A DNA stretch of 64,000 nucleotides from a candidate division BRC1 bacterium HGW-BRC1-1 (GCA_002842095.1 PHCB01000008.1:209231-273230); one strand, 5' to 3'. Positions 21,509 through 32,061 are shown, counted from the stretch's first letter. Notes: generated by a model from the sequence alone, not told the origin. A program made the numbers and translations.

Positions 21509-23970
21509 TAACCACCGGCAACGGGCTGTTGGTACTGCATCCCTTGCGGGGCCATGGGATAAGCGCCTTCCACGTCTTCCGTTTCGCTTTCGCCCTGATA
21601 GCTGCCAGCGCCGTGGTAGCTGCAGGAACTCGTGGGCTGGGAACCCGTTTTGAACGCCGCGTTCTTGTAAACATTGTTGCCTGAAGCGTAGCAACTGCTG
21701 GTTGCGAGATTTCCACTCTTGGAACAGATGTCGGCAAAGGCGATGCCCGAAGGCGTCACGAACTTCATTTTCCAATCGTCGCGGGTTTGAAGGATGCGAT
21801 CCATGGTCGGGGCCCAAATGGGTCCGACGTTGCCGCCACCCACAATCTTCGGACCCATGCTGCGGTCCTCATCGTATCCCACGTAGATGGCCAGAACGAT
21901 GTCCGGCGTATAGCCCACCATCCAGGCGACCTTGCAGCCGTTGGTGGTTCCGGTTTTTGCCGCCATTTCCGGCAGCTTGCGTCCCTTGTTCTTTTCTTCC
22001 ATGATCCATTTGCCCACCGTGGTGCTACCCGTGCCGCGGTTGATGACGTCCTGCATGATTCGCACTGTCATGAAGGCAGCCTGGGGTGAAAGAATCTGGT
22101 TGGTTTGTGGACGAATCACGCGAGAGTCACCCGGACTCTTGGTGCTGTAGATGCGCTTATAGGGGGTTGGAGTGATTCCGACGCCACCGTTGGCAAACAC
22201 GCTGTAGGCCCCCGCCAGAGACAACGGCGAAACATCGGGGGTGCCAAGAGCCATGGGAGGAACTGCCACCAGGTCCCAACCCTCGGGATTCACCATGTTG
22301 AATTTGTTGTAAAGAGAAACGGCTGCGCGAGCACCGATCGCCATGAACAACTTTATGGTGGGGATGTTGCGCGATTTTACCAAGCCCTCGTAGAGCGCGG
22401 TGGGTCCGTAAAAGCGGCCTTCGTAGTTTTTGGGGGCCCAGGCACCGACACTGAAGGGGGAATCATCCATGACGGTTCCCGGTGTAAACCGAGGATTACC
22501 GTTTTGGTCCACAACGTCAAAAGAGGAAGCATACAGCAGGGGCTTCCAGCAGGAGCCCGGTTGTCTGCCGCCCTGAAAGGCGCGGTTCCACTGGCCACTG
22601 TTATTGTTGTCTTCGTAATCCGCACCGCCCACGAGGGCCAGAATTTCTCCGTTATGGGCATCCAGCACGACCGCTGCGCCCTGCACATAGGTCTTGTCGC
22701 CGAGGTAGGCTTCCATCTTCCCATTTTTAACGCTGCTGATGTAGATATCGATGAGCTTGCCCGTACGTAATATCTTGTCGGGGTGGTAGTAGGGGAGGTT
22801 CTCCGGAAGGTTTACCACGGCCGTATTGCCCTGCAAAGCCACGGTCATTTTTCGTCCGTCGATGGACCGGATCGTGGCCAGGCGCCGTTGCCCTTTCTTC
22901 ACGCTGCCCATCTCGGATGCTTCGACAGACATGCGAGCGGGCTTCTGTTCCTCGATGGCCTCTTCAACCTTTTCAAGACCCTTGCGCAGTTCCTCCTCGC
23001 AGATCTGTTGGATCTTCAAATCCACCGTGGAGATGACCGTGTAACCTTTGCGGGCCAGTTCTTCGGCTGCGTCCTCGCCCTGGTTTTCTTTCGTTAACAT
23101 GGCTCTGACGTAATCGGCGAAGTAGGGCGCTTTCCCGGGTGGACGTTGGGCAGGGTTCAGTTCGATGGGAGTGTCGAGATAACGCTGCAATTCCTCATCG
23201 GTCTTAATATAGCCGAGCCGACGCATGTTGTTAAGCACCAGATTGCGACGGTCCCGTGCTGCTTCTTTGTTTTTTGTGGGGGAGAGGCGCGACGGAGCCT
23301 GGGGAAGTCCGGCGAGGGTGGCTGCTTCGGGGACTGTGAGGTCGCGCACGTCCTTGTTGAAATACGTGCGAGCGGCCGCCTGAACGCCATAGGCTCGGGC
23401 ACCAAAGAAAATGTGGTTCATGTACAGCTCAAGAATTTGCTGTTTCGAGAGGTGGCGTTCCATCTGAAGGGCGGTGAAAACTTCCTTCAATTTACGTGAC
23501 AACTTCACTCGCGAGTCTTTGAGCACTACGCCGCGAGCAACTTGCATGGTGATGGTGCTGGCCCCCTCACGACGCTTGCCAAAGAGATTCATCCACAAAG
23601 CGCGACCCGCGCCGCGGAGATCCACGCCATAATGGTTTTCAAATCGCTCGTCTTCAATAGCGATAAATGCGTTGGTCAGGTGATCCGGCACCAGTTTAAT
23701 ACTGATAAATTCCCGCCGCTCTGCTGCGAAAAGTTCAGCCAGTTGGTTGTTTCCGGTGCGGTCGTAAACGCGACTAACTTCGTTGGGATTGTAGTTGTCC
23801 AAAGCCTCGATGCTGGGCAACTCATCCATGTAACCCAGAAGGGCTCCGATGGCGAAACCTCCGGCGGCTACGCACAGAGTGACAAAGATAAGAAAAATAA
23901 TGAAGAGCTTGCGAAACGTTGGATGCATGCCAGGCATAAAAAAAGACTCCCGTATGGTGCTGGGCACCAT
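21502..23970 (-). CDS. mrcA: Class A penicillin-binding protein 1A (glycosyltransferase + transpeptidase).
   Basis: N-terminal TM helix, a GT51 block (AFIAIEDERFENHYGVD, RKLKE), a transpeptidase SxxK/SxN-type core and a KTGTT motif. Length is 822 aa. Confidence 0.85.
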   Translation of the reverse strand: MVPSTIRESFFMPGMHPTFRKLFIIFLIFVTLCVAAGGFAIGALLGYMDELPSIEALDNYNPNEVSRVYDRTGNNQLAELFAAERREFISIKLVPDHLTNAFIAIEDERFENHYGVDLRGAGRALWMNLFGKRREGASTITMQVARGVVLKDSRVKLSRKLKEVFTALQMERHLSKQQILELYMNHIFFGARAYGVQAAARTYFNKDVRDLTVPEAATLAGLPQAPSRLSPTKNKEAARDRRNLVLNNMRRLGYIKTDEELQRYLDTPIELNPAQRPPGKAPYFADYVRAMLTKENQGEDAAEELARKGYTVISTVDLKIQQICEEELRKGLEKVEEAIEEQKPARMSVEASEMGSVKKGQRRLATIRSIDGRKMTVALQGNTAVVNLPENLPYYHPDKILRTGKLIDIYISSVKNGKMEAYLGDKTYVQGAAVVLDAHNGEILALVGGADYEDNNNSGQWNRAFQGGRQPGSCWKPLLYASSFDVVDQNGNPRFTPGTVMDDSPFSVGAWAPKNYEGRFYGPTALYEGLVKSRNIPTIKLFMAIGARAAVSLYNKFNMVNPEGWDLVAVPPMALGTPDVSPLSLAGAYSVFANGGVGITPTPYKRIYSTKSPGDSRVIRPQTNQILSPQAAFMTVRIMQDVINRGTGSTTVGKWIMEEKNKGRKLPEMAAKTGTTNGCKVAWMVGYTPDIVLAIYVGYDEDRSMGPKIVGGGNVGPIWAPTMDRILQTRDDWKMKFVTPSGIAFADICSKSGNLATSSCYASGNNVYKNAAFKTGSQPTSSCSYHGAGSYQGESETEDVEGAYPMAPQGMQYQQPVAGGYY

Positions 23971-24105
23971 GAATACCTACACCCTTTCGCTGAAATTATC
24001 ACATCTTTTGCGATGGGCCTGCCGGACCCACTTTCAAGTCCTGCAAAGGGAATGGTTGACCAATTCCAGTTTAGTCGTGTGGATTAGCGCGATCTGAAAT
24101 CACCG

Positions 24106-25836
24106 ATGCTCGAATACCTCTCCATTACAAACTACGCCATCATTGAAAACCTGCGCCTTGAACCGGGTGTGGGGTTCAACACCATTACCGGCGAGACGGG
24201 TGCGGGAAAGTCCATTCTTCTGGGAGCTTTGAAGCTGGCCCTGGGCGAACGCGCCGCCGCCGAAGCCCTTCGTCGCGGTAGCACTCGCTCCGAGGTGGAG
24301 GCCGTTTTTCGGGGATTGCCAGAGGCTTTGACACAACGATTGAGTGCGGATGGACTGGCTGACGATTCGGATGAAGGATGTGTGATCCTTCGTCGGGAAA
24401 TTTCGTCCTCCGGCACCTCACGGGCATTTCTGAACGGGCGCACCGTGCCGCTGACTTATCTGCGCGAAGTGGCTGAGGCGCTGATCGATATCCACAGCCA
24501 GAACGAGCATACGTCGCTGCACACTGTGGCGACTCAGTTGAATTTGCTGGACCGTTTCGGCGAGCACGAAAGTGCGTTGGAAAACTACGCAAACGCCTTC
24601 CACCAAATGCGTGAGGCAAAGCGCCGGCTGGGGGAACTGGATACGAATCAGGGGGATGCCGAGCGGCGAAAGGCTTTTCTTCTTTTTCAGATCGAGGAGA
24701 TTCGCACGGCAGCTCCTGTTCCAGGCGAGGACGAAACCCTCGCCGACGATCGACGCCGACTGTTGCATGCGGAACGCATCGGAACAGCCTGCTCGGCCGT
24801 GGTGGATCTGCTGTATGAGGGAGAACAAACACAATCTCCTGCGGTTGCCTCGGTGGATTCTGCCCGCAAGTTGCTGGAGGAAGTGGCCGAGCTGGACCCT
24901 TCCCAGACGGAGCTTGCCGCCAGGGCGGGGGAGGTGCGTTTCGCCCTCGAAGACCTCGCCGGTCAGGTGCGGGACTACATGGCAGGCATTGCCCCGGACC
25001 CCGCTCGCCTGAGCGAGGTGGACGAAAGGCTGCATCAGCTCCATGGCTTGAAGCGGAAGTATGGCGACACACTGGCTGCGGTGCTGGAGACGCTCGAAAG
25101 CCTTGAGGCTGAGGTGCATGGCATAGAGTTCCACGACGAAGAAATGCAGAAATGCCGCGAAGAATTTGTTTCCTCAGCCAACAAGGCCTTGCTGGCAGCA
25201 AGGGAGTTGAGCGAACGGCGGCGCAAGGCTGCCGCCGTATTTGAAAAAGCAGTGATGACCGAGATGGCGGATCTTGAACTTCCCCGCGCCAAGTTTGTGG
25301 TTCGACTGAATTCGCACGTCCCTGAAGCCGGGTCGGAATCAAGCCCCGAGAGTATCTATAAAGCCCTCGATGCGCGGGGGGGGGATGACATTGATTTTCT
25401 GGTCAGCACCAACATCGGAGAAGATCCGAAGCCTCTGGCCCGGGTTGCGTCCGGTGGCGAAGTTGCACGCATAATGCTGGCCATAAAAACGGTGCTGGCC
25501 GAACGCGATGAAATTCCCACGCTGGTCTTTGATGAAATAGATGTGGGCATAAGTGGCGAGGCCGCCGCCCGGGTGGGGGAGAAGCTGCGTCTTCTGGCCG
25601 CAACGCATCAGGTGCTGTGCATCACGCACCTACCCCAGGTTGCTGCCCGCGGACATGTCCATTGGGTGGTGGAAAAAAGCGATGCGGCAGGTCGAACAAC
25701 CGCGTCCGCCCGACAGCTAAAGGAGAAGGAACGCGTACTTGCTCTGGCCCAGATGCTCTCCGGCCGCGAACCGGATCAGGCAGCTTTGAGATATGCCCGC
25801 GAACTGATGGCAGCGCAGGCAAACACAAAGGGATGA
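24106..25836 (+). CDS. recN: DNA repair protein RecN.
   Basis: The Walker A N-terminus is LEYLSITNYAIIENLRLEPGVGFNTITGETGAGKSILL. A long coiled-coil follows, with a C-terminal ABC signature/Walker B (TLVFDEIDVGISG). Confidence 0.9.
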   Translation: MLEYLSITNYAIIENLRLEPGVGFNTITGETGAGKSILLGALKLALGERAAAEALRRGSTRSEVEAVFRGLPEALTQRLSADGLADDSDEGCVILRREISSSGTSRAFLNGRTVPLTYLREVAEALIDIHSQNEHTSLHTVATQLNLLDRFGEHESALENYANAFHQMREAKRRLGELDTNQGDAERRKAFLLFQIEEIRTAAPVPGEDETLADDRRRLLHAERIGTACSAVVDLLYEGEQTQSPAVASVDSARKLLEEVAELDPSQTELAARAGEVRFALEDLAGQVRDYMAGIAPDPARLSEVDERLHQLHGLKRKYGDTLAAVLETLESLEAEVHGIEFHDEEMQKCREEFVSSANKALLAARELSERRRKAAAVFEKAVMTEMADLELPRAKFVVRLNSHVPEAGSESSPESIYKALDARGGDDIDFLVSTNIGEDPKPLARVASGGEVARIMLAIKTVLAERDEIPTLVFDEIDVGISGEAAARVGEKLRLLAATHQVLCITHLPQVAARGHVHWVVEKSDAAGRTTASARQLKEKERVLALAQMLSGREPDQAALRYARELMAAQANTKG

Positions 25837-25873
25837 AACCACGCTGTGGGCGGAGGGCCAAAGTTTGGGTTAG

Positions 25874-26257
25874 TTAATCGCCACTAAGCACCCGCGAGAT
25901 GCAATCTGCCAGATCGCTGGGGGGGAAAGGCTTGGGAAGGAACGCGTCCACTCCGATGTTTTCAGCCCAGTTTTTATCCGATGTTGCTCCATTTCCTGCC
26001 AGAGAAGTCATCACGATGATTTTCATTCCGGAAAGCGCCGGCATCTTGTGCAGCTGAATGATGAGTTCGTAGCCATTTACACGGGGCATCTGGATGTCCA
26101 GCACGGCAACGGCCGGCTTGACTCGCTCAATGAGTTTTAGTCCATCCTCACCGTTGTGGGCCATGGCCACGTCATAGCCACGGGCGGTCAGCGAAATGTT
26201 TAGAATCTCGCAGACCTCAACCTCATCGTCGACAAGCACAACCTTCGGGGATTTCAT
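25874..26257 (-). CDS. Single-domain response regulator receiver (CheY-like).
   Basis: VVLVDDE...D54-like in VLDIQMP...K in FLPKP. Length is 127 aa with no output domain. Confidence 0.75.
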   Translation of the reverse strand: MKSPKVVLVDDEVEVCEILNISLTARGYDVAMAHNGEDGLKLIERVKPAVAVLDIQMPRVNGYELIIQLHKMPALSGMKIIVMTSLAGNGATSDKNWAENIGVDAFLPKPFPPSDLADCISRVLSGD

Positions 26258-26535
26258 TCGGTTCTCATTCTTCTTTCAACGGTCAGTTTCTACGGATCGT
26301 CCTAAGTTGCCAACGGTCCAAAAAAATTACAGCGCCGTTTCATGCAACCTTGAATATCAATTTCCGCAGAGATTAAATCAACGCATCTAACGGCAATAGC
26401 GGGTCCGTAGCCGCTGTGTAGTGCAACGTCTTTTCTCTGACGAGTTACCATGCGAGTCCCACTTTGCCGCCACGAGCAACTCTTTTGATGTAACGAAAGG
26501 TTCGGCAAGTGTCTCAGACTATCGAAAAATCAGGC

Positions 26536-28446
26536 ATGGTTACTGTCACCCTCCCCGACGGCTCCCAACGCGAAATTGAATGTGGTACAACCGTCCAGCA
26601 ATTCGCACAATCCATCGGCGCGGGCTTGGCCAAAGCAGCCCTGGGTGGCAAGATTGACGGTCAGACCGTTGACTTGTCGGCCCCCATTAACGCTGACTCC
26701 ACCGTGGAAATTCTCACCTGGAAAAACGAAGAAGGGCGCGAGATTTTTCGCCACACCTCCACGCACATTATGGCCCAGGCCATCAAGCGGATTATCCCCG
26801 AGGCGAAACTGACTATCGGCCCTCCGCTGACCGACAGCTTTTATTACGACTTTGATGTCCCCACTCCGCTTACCCCCGAACTTCTTTCGAAGATCGAGGA
26901 GGAGATGGAGAAGATTGTGACTGCGGCGGAGCCCATCACCCGCGCCGAGCTGGCCCGCGATGAGGCCATTCGTCTTTTCCGCGAGCGGGGCGAGGACTAC
27001 AAAATTGAGATCATCAACGAACTGCCTGAAGACCAGACCATCTCGGTCTATTCGCAGGGTGAATTTGCGGATCTGTGTCGCGGCCCCCACCTGCCCAATA
27101 CCGGCTATGTAAAAGCCTACAAGTTGCTCAACGTGGCCGGCGCCTACTGGCGCGGCGACGTGAAAAACAAAATGCTTCAGCGGGTTTACGGCACCTCCTT
27201 CCCCGACAAGAAGGCTCTCAAAGAGCACCTCGAACTTCTGGAAGAGGCGAAGAAGCGCGATCACCGCAAGATCGGGCGCGAGTTGGATCTCTTCTCGTTT
27301 CAGGAGGAGGGGCCGGGTTTCCCCTTTTTCCACCCCAACGGCATGGTGCTCTACAATGAGATCATGACCTACGTGCGCGAGGAGTTGTCCAAGCTCGACT
27401 ATGTCGAGATCATGACGCCCCTCATTCTGAACGAGGAACTCTGGCATCAGAGCGGGCACTGGGACCACTATCGCGAGAACATGTACTTCACCGAGATTGA
27501 CGAGAAGGCCTATGCGGTGAAGCCCATGAACTGCCCCGGCTGCATGCTGGTTTTCCGCAACGACCTGCGCAGCTATCGCGATCTTCCCATGAAGATCGCG
27601 GAATTTGGGCGCGTACACCGCCATGAGTTGAGCGGCGTGTTGCACGGCCTGTTCCGCGTGCGCTGTTTCACGCAGGACGATGCGCACATCTTTACCACGC
27701 CCGAGAAATTGGAAGATGATATTACCGAGGCCATCGATCTGATCCGTCGGGTGTACGAGGTCTTCGGTTTCGACGATTACCACATGGAACTTTCCACGCG
27801 CCCCGAGAAGGCTCTGGGAAGCGATGAGATGTGGGATAGCGCCACGGACGCCCTTCGCAACGCGCTGGAGAACCACGGCATCAAGTACAAGCTCAATCCC
27901 GGCGACGGCGCTTTTTATGGGCCGAAGATCGACTTCCATGTGAACGATTCGCTCAATCGCACCTGGCAGTGCGGCACCATTCAGGTGGACTTCTCCATGC
28001 CCGAGCGCTTCGACCTGAACTACGTCGGGCCGGACGGGCAGAAGCATCGCCCCGTGATGGTGCACCGTGCATTGGTGGGTTCGTTGGAGCGGTTCATCGG
28101 TGTTCTTATCGAGCATACCGCGGGCAATTTTCCCGTGTGGCTGGCACCGGTGCAGGTGGCCGTGTTGCCCATCAGCGAGAAACACCTCGACTACGCCCAG
28201 TCAGTTTACGATCAACTCCGGGCGGCCGGTGTGAGAGCCACGCTTGATGTCGCCGAGGACAAAATCGGCATGAAGATCCGCAATGCGGAAATCCGCAAAA
28301 TCCCGTACATGCTCGTGGTTGGCGAGAAGGAAAGCGCAGCCGGAGCGGTGAGCGTCCGTCGTCACGGCAAGGGCGATCAGGGGTCTGTTCCGCGGGATGA
28401 ATTTGTCCTGAAGATTTGGGATGAAATTTCAAATCGAACCCGTTAA
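26536..28446 (+). CDS. thrS: Threonyl-tRNA synthetase. The track starts at GTG 26509, but MVTVTLPDGSQ aligns with the usual ThrS N-terminus.
   Basis: TGS domain N-terminus. The class II core includes HRDLPMKIAEFGRVHRHELSGVLHGLFRVRCFTQDDAHIF. An anticodon-binding C-terminus is present. Confidence 0.9.
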   Translation: MVTVTLPDGSQREIECGTTVQQFAQSIGAGLAKAALGGKIDGQTVDLSAPINADSTVEILTWKNEEGREIFRHTSTHIMAQAIKRIIPEAKLTIGPPLTDSFYYDFDVPTPLTPELLSKIEEEMEKIVTAAEPITRAELARDEAIRLFRERGEDYKIEIINELPEDQTISVYSQGEFADLCRGPHLPNTGYVKAYKLLNVAGAYWRGDVKNKMLQRVYGTSFPDKKALKEHLELLEEAKKRDHRKIGRELDLFSFQEEGPGFPFFHPNGMVLYNEIMTYVREELSKLDYVEIMTPLILNEELWHQSGHWDHYRENMYFTEIDEKAYAVKPMNCPGCMLVFRNDLRSYRDLPMKIAEFGRVHRHELSGVLHGLFRVRCFTQDDAHIFTTPEKLEDDITEAIDLIRRVYEVFGFDDYHMELSTRPEKALGSDEMWDSATDALRNALENHGIKYKLNPGDGAFYGPKIDFHVNDSLNRTWQCGTIQVDFSMPERFDLNYVGPDGQKHRPVMVHRALVGSLERFIGVLIEHTAGNFPVWLAPVQVAVLPISEKHLDYAQSVYDQLRAAGVRATLDVAEDKIGMKIRNAEIRKIPYMLVVGEKESAAGAVSVRRHGKGDQGSVPRDEFVLKIWDEISNRTR

Positions 28447-28547
28447 GCCTTGATGCGGAAAGCATAAAAGATTTCCCGTTATTCCCCCCGGTTAATTCCC
28501 ATGAGTTGGCCGGGGGGCGATTGAATTCCCAGATGGCACGCTGAAAG

Positions 28548-29243
28548 TTGGAGGTTTCTGAGTTGTTGAACAAACATAAATTGGTTATGTGCATGAGCGC
28601 GCTGATGCTTGCCGCACCTGTAATGTGTTTGGCGCAGGCAATAGTTATCAGTGGAGTACCTCCCTTGAGTGCAGGACCCGCGGCATGGTTGCCCCAGCAC
28701 ATTCGCGACGGATGTGTAACCCCGGCCTCGGCGGATGAAGCCGAGTTCTTACGCTGTCGGGCGCGCGAAGCTTTGAACAACAACAGCCTCGATGCGGCCG
28801 TGGTGCGTTACCAGCGCGTGTTGAAGCGCGTCCCCGGCGACGAAGAATCGCACCTTGGCATGGCTTACGCCTACTATTTCCGTGGCGACACCAAACGGTC
28901 CTGGGAACACGCCGACGCCGTTGTTAAAGGCGGCGGGGGATACGTGCCGGTGGCCATTCAGCTCAAGATGAATCTCGACATCAACAAGGCCCGGTACGAA
29001 AATATGTACGTCTCGGCCCACGAGTTACTTTGTTGGGCCCAGTCGGCCAACAACCGACTGGTGGAGATTGACGCCAACCTGCTGGTTGCCCGAGTTGCGG
29101 TTCAGTATCTCGGTCAGTGTGACGATGCACGCAATCATCTCGCGGCGGCTCGGGCTTTGCTCCAGCCAGCAGATCGTGCTGTGGCGCACCGCGTGACGGA
29201 TCAGGAACGGGACTTCCGCCGTTGGAGTGAAGGTCGCTTCTGA
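28548..29243 (+). CDS. TPR-like secreted protein, hypothetical. An internal Met with signal peptide MCMSALMLAAPVMCLAQA is the likely start.
   Basis: A signal peptide is followed by helical repeat sequence (AVVRYQRVLKRVPGDEESHLGMAYAYYFRGD). Confidence 0.45.
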   Translation: MEVSELLNKHKLVMCMSALMLAAPVMCLAQAIVISGVPPLSAGPAAWLPQHIRDGCVTPASADEAEFLRCRAREALNNNSLDAAVVRYQRVLKRVPGDEESHLGMAYAYYFRGDTKRSWEHADAVVKGGGGYVPVAIQLKMNLDINKARYENMYVSAHELLCWAQSANNRLVEIDANLLVARVAVQYLGQCDDARNHLAAARALLQPADRAVAHRVTDQERDFRRWSEGRF

Positions 29244-29246
29244 TCT

Positions 29247-30407
29247 TTAAGACGTAGCTGCGGCCTCTTCTTTCTTATCGAAGAGACGTTTCCCTTCCTC
29301 GCCCGTGTGAAGCATGTCATGGGTTTGGAAGAGAAGGTCGGGGATGTTCAAACCCTCCGGGCATCGGGGCAGGCAGTCGCCACATCGTGTGCACTTGTCT
29401 CCCTTGCTGCCTGGAAACCAGTGGCCGGCGTTCTCGAACATTTTATAGCGATAGCGCCCGAACTCTTCCATGTCGAAGGCCATCGTCATATTTCGAAGGC
29501 GCAGGACCTCGGGGATGTTGATATCAACGGGGCAGGGGAGACACTCCCAGCAGGCTTTGCAAAGCGACGGGCCAAGCACGGTGAACTGATTTTCCATGCG
29601 CGCCAGGATTTCGGTTTCCTGATCGGTCAGCGGACCCTCCAGTTCGAAGCCCGCCACATGGGGATCGAATTCATCGGTGAAACTCGGTCCGAACGAAAGC
29701 GTGTGGACATGGGGATGAAGCGCCAGCAACCAGCGCTGATTAAATACCAGAGGATGCAGCGGCGCCGTGAGAGCGCTCAGCGTGGCGGAAGGATGAAAAA
29801 GCCGTCCGCCTTTGTCCGCCGGTGAAATGATGAAAACCCCCATGTCGAGTTCGGCCGCGCGATCCACCGCGGCGCGATTGCGTTGGTTGAAGAAGTAGTA
29901 ATGGAGGTTCACGCTCTCAAAAATCCCCGAGTTGATCGAATCGAGAATGACCTCAACGGGGCCATGGGTCGAGAACCCCGCGTGTCGGATCAACCCCTGG
30001 CTCATGGCCCGCTCCACGGCGCGCCTGCAACCGTCGCTGCGCTTCACCATCTCCAGATGTTCGGGCAGGTTGATGCCGTGATAATCGAAATTATCGATGT
30101 GGGAGATTTTCAGCCGCTCGAGGGATTCGTTGATGTATCGCCACATCTCATCGTCTGTCTCGGTGAGGCCGATCTTCGTGGTGATGATAAGATCATCACG
30201 CGGGATGAGATGCATGATGTCGCCTAGCAGTTGCTCGCTGGGGCCGTAACCGCGCGCCGTTTCGATATGGTTGATGCCCAGGTCCAACGCACGCTGCACA
30301 ACGGCCAGCATCTGGTCCGCATTAACATTGGGAGGAATGAAGCGCATGCCCCCCAGCGTAAAGACTGTTGTTTGGAGATCAGTTTTTCCAAATCTGCGAG
30401 TTTGCAT
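29247..30407 (-). CDS. Aldo/keto reductase fused to a C-terminal 4Fe-4S dicluster domain.
   Basis: The AKR N-terminus is RRFGKTDLQTTVFTLGGMRF...GINHIETARGYG. The C-terminus carries two Cys clusters: CKACWECLPCP and CTRCGDCLPRCP. Confidence 0.75.
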   Translation of the reverse strand: MQTRRFGKTDLQTTVFTLGGMRFIPPNVNADQMLAVVQRALDLGINHIETARGYGPSEQLLGDIMHLIPRDDLIITTKIGLTETDDEMWRYINESLERLKISHIDNFDYHGINLPEHLEMVKRSDGCRRAVERAMSQGLIRHAGFSTHGPVEVILDSINSGIFESVNLHYYFFNQRNRAAVDRAAELDMGVFIISPADKGGRLFHPSATLSALTAPLHPLVFNQRWLLALHPHVHTLSFGPSFTDEFDPHVAGFELEGPLTDQETEILARMENQFTVLGPSLCKACWECLPCPVDINIPEVLRLRNMTMAFDMEEFGRYRYKMFENAGHWFPGSKGDKCTRCGDCLPRCPEGLNIPDLLFQTHDMLHTGEEGKRLFDKKEEAAATS

Positions 30408-30457
30408 AATCGAACCTTTTGAAATTTTGAATGGGTCTTAAGGGCGGGTCGGTACTT

Positions 30458-31159
30458 TCAGAGGACTAACTTTTTTGACTCCCCATCGTTTTTTCCCTCT
30501 GGTTCTTTCCGAAGTTTCTCGTACCAATATCTTCCGACAAGAACGACGGAGAAAATAATTCCAGCAACCACAAGTTGCGGGAGACTTCTCTTCGCTGCGG
30601 AACTGCCGAACAACGCAAAAATGATGGTCATCGGCAGATAACCCAAAAAGGTCGCTGAAACAAAATCCCGCGTGCGCATCCGCGAGATTCCACCGATGGT
30701 GTTTGTCAGGCTGGCATTGCTAAGTGGAAAGAGACGCAGGTAAAGGATCCAACGGAAACCATTTTCGTTCAATCGTTTATACCAATGCTTCATGCGGGGT
30801 GTGAGGCGACGAGTGATGGGGCCGCGTAACAAGGTCCGCGCCAGGTAGAAGTTTAGTATCGCTCCCCCCAGAGAAGCTGCCTGAGCCACTACGCTTCCCT
30901 CCACGGCCCCATAAAGCGCACCCGCAGCCACGCTGATCCACAAGCGGGGGATGCCAACAGCAGTAATCAGTGCTGTTGCCGCGAAGAAGATCAGTGCGCC
31001 GCGCCACCCCGTATCTCGCATCAGTGAGCGAAGATGCTGAACGTCAATCTGTTCCTGCACCGCCGGGTGCTCAAAAATCAGAGCTACAGCCGCAAACAGA
31101 CCCACGACTATCACCACGCGGGCAATGTCACCGGCAATCTGGCGCTTTTTGGATTTCAT
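30458..31159 (-). CDS. DedA/TVP38/TMEM64 family membrane protein.
   Basis: Polytopic protein of 233 aa. Re-entrant-loop-type motifs (GIPRLWISVAAGALYG ... RLFPLSNASLTNTIGGISRM) are typical of the DedA/SNARE-associated family. Confidence 0.65.
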   Translation of the reverse strand: MKSKKRQIAGDIARVVIVVGLFAAVALIFEHPAVQEQIDVQHLRSLMRDTGWRGALIFFAATALITAVGIPRLWISVAAGALYGAVEGSVVAQAASLGGAILNFYLARTLLRGPITRRLTPRMKHWYKRLNENGFRWILYLRLFPLSNASLTNTIGGISRMRTRDFVSATFLGYLPMTIIFALFGSSAAKRSLPQLVVAGIIFSVVLVGRYWYEKLRKEPEGKNDGESKKLVL

Positions 31160-31174
31160 CGAGTTACAGGTGCT

Positions 31175-31903
31175 TCAATCGTTCTTGCCGGCAGAGAGAC
31201 GGTCCGGAGCAAAATGCCGCTTGCGATACCACCGCATGGCCAGCATGTCGCCAATGCCCACCCATAGACGGTTGCCCACGCCATATTTTGAAACGCCGCG
31301 GGTGCGGGGGCGATGGTTCACGGGCATTTCCATCACCCGGAACCCGTGGAAACGCAAAATGGTGGGGATAAAACGGTGGAGACCCCGGAAGCCGGGAAGC
31401 TGTTTCAGGCAGGATTTTCGGATCGCGCGGAAGGTGCACCCGGCATCATGAATTCCATCGCCCAGAACCGCCCCCCGGATACCATTGGCAATGCGGCTGG
31501 AGAATTTCTTAACGGCTGAATCCTGCCGTTTGGCACGGACGCCGCAAACCGCATCGCAATCCTCAAGCAGTCTGAGCATCGCCGGCAAATCCGCCGGATC
31601 ATTCTGGCCGTCGGCATCCATGGTCACCACAATGTCGCCAACCGCATGGTCATAACCAGTCAGGATAGCCGCGCTCTGGCCGAAGTTACGATTGTGGGCC
31701 ACCAACCGCAGACCGGAAATCTGAGTCGCGAGCTTCGCCAGATGTTGCGGAGAACCGTCCGTGCTTCCATCATCAACAACAATGATCTCGTAGGGCTCCG
31801 GCATCGGTGCTAAAACTGCGATAAATTCCTCGAGCAGAGGTTGAAGGCTTTCAGCCTCATTGAAGCACGGCAGTACGATGGATATGGCAGGTTGCTCAGG
31901 CAT
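31175..31903 (-). CDS. GT2 family glycosyltransferase, polyprenyl-phosphate sugar transferase-like (DPM1/ArnC-like). The track ORF is trimmed to the internal Met.
   Basis: The GT-A core is ISIVLPCFNEAESL...YEIIVVDDGSTDGS...VTMDADGQNDP (the DxD-type D-A-D). The track's 328-aa version runs antisense across tRNA-Arg, so the start was placed at MPEQPAISIV (ATG at 31901-31903). Confidence 0.7.
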   Translation of the reverse strand: MPEQPAISIVLPCFNEAESLQPLLEEFIAVLAPMPEPYEIIVVDDGSTDGSPQHLAKLATQISGLRLVAHNRNFGQSAAILTGYDHAVGDIVVTMDADGQNDPADLPAMLRLLEDCDAVCGVRAKRQDSAVKKFSSRIANGIRGAVLGDGIHDAGCTFRAIRKSCLKQLPGFRGLHRFIPTILRFHGFRVMEMPVNHRPRTRGVSKYGVGNRLWVGIGDMLAMRWYRKRHFAPDRLSAGKND

Positions 31904-32061
31904 GGGGCTCGGTTCATCGAACGGAGAGAATGTAAGTCTTGGAGAAAATTCGTCCAGTGAAACGTACACGAGAGGTCCGTGGCTGTTCTTATAATTTCTC
32001 GCAGACCTCGGATGAATAAGAGCAGTCTCTGTCGCGTAATCGACATGCGTAATTCCCGTGC

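Noticed and set aside
24185-25342. 385-aa ORF (and a 238-aa ORF at 24418-25134) antisense to recN.
   Set aside because: It lies entirely inside a well-supported recN CDS. The translation is Arg/Pro-rich and low-complexity, which is typical of GC-rich antisense frames. It has no motifs.
26258-26535. Looked for a thrS leader/operator or T-box upstream of thrS.
   Set aside because: No T-box specifier/antiterminator motif (AGGGUGGNACCGCG) is present, and no obvious tRNA-like operator hairpins. The region also serves as the divergent promoter for the receiver gene.
26530-28185. 551-aa ORF antisense to thrS.
   Set aside because: It overlaps the whole class II aaRS core of thrS on the opposite strand. 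The translation is His/Gly/Val-rich, with no start context or motifs. It is a high-GC frame artefact.
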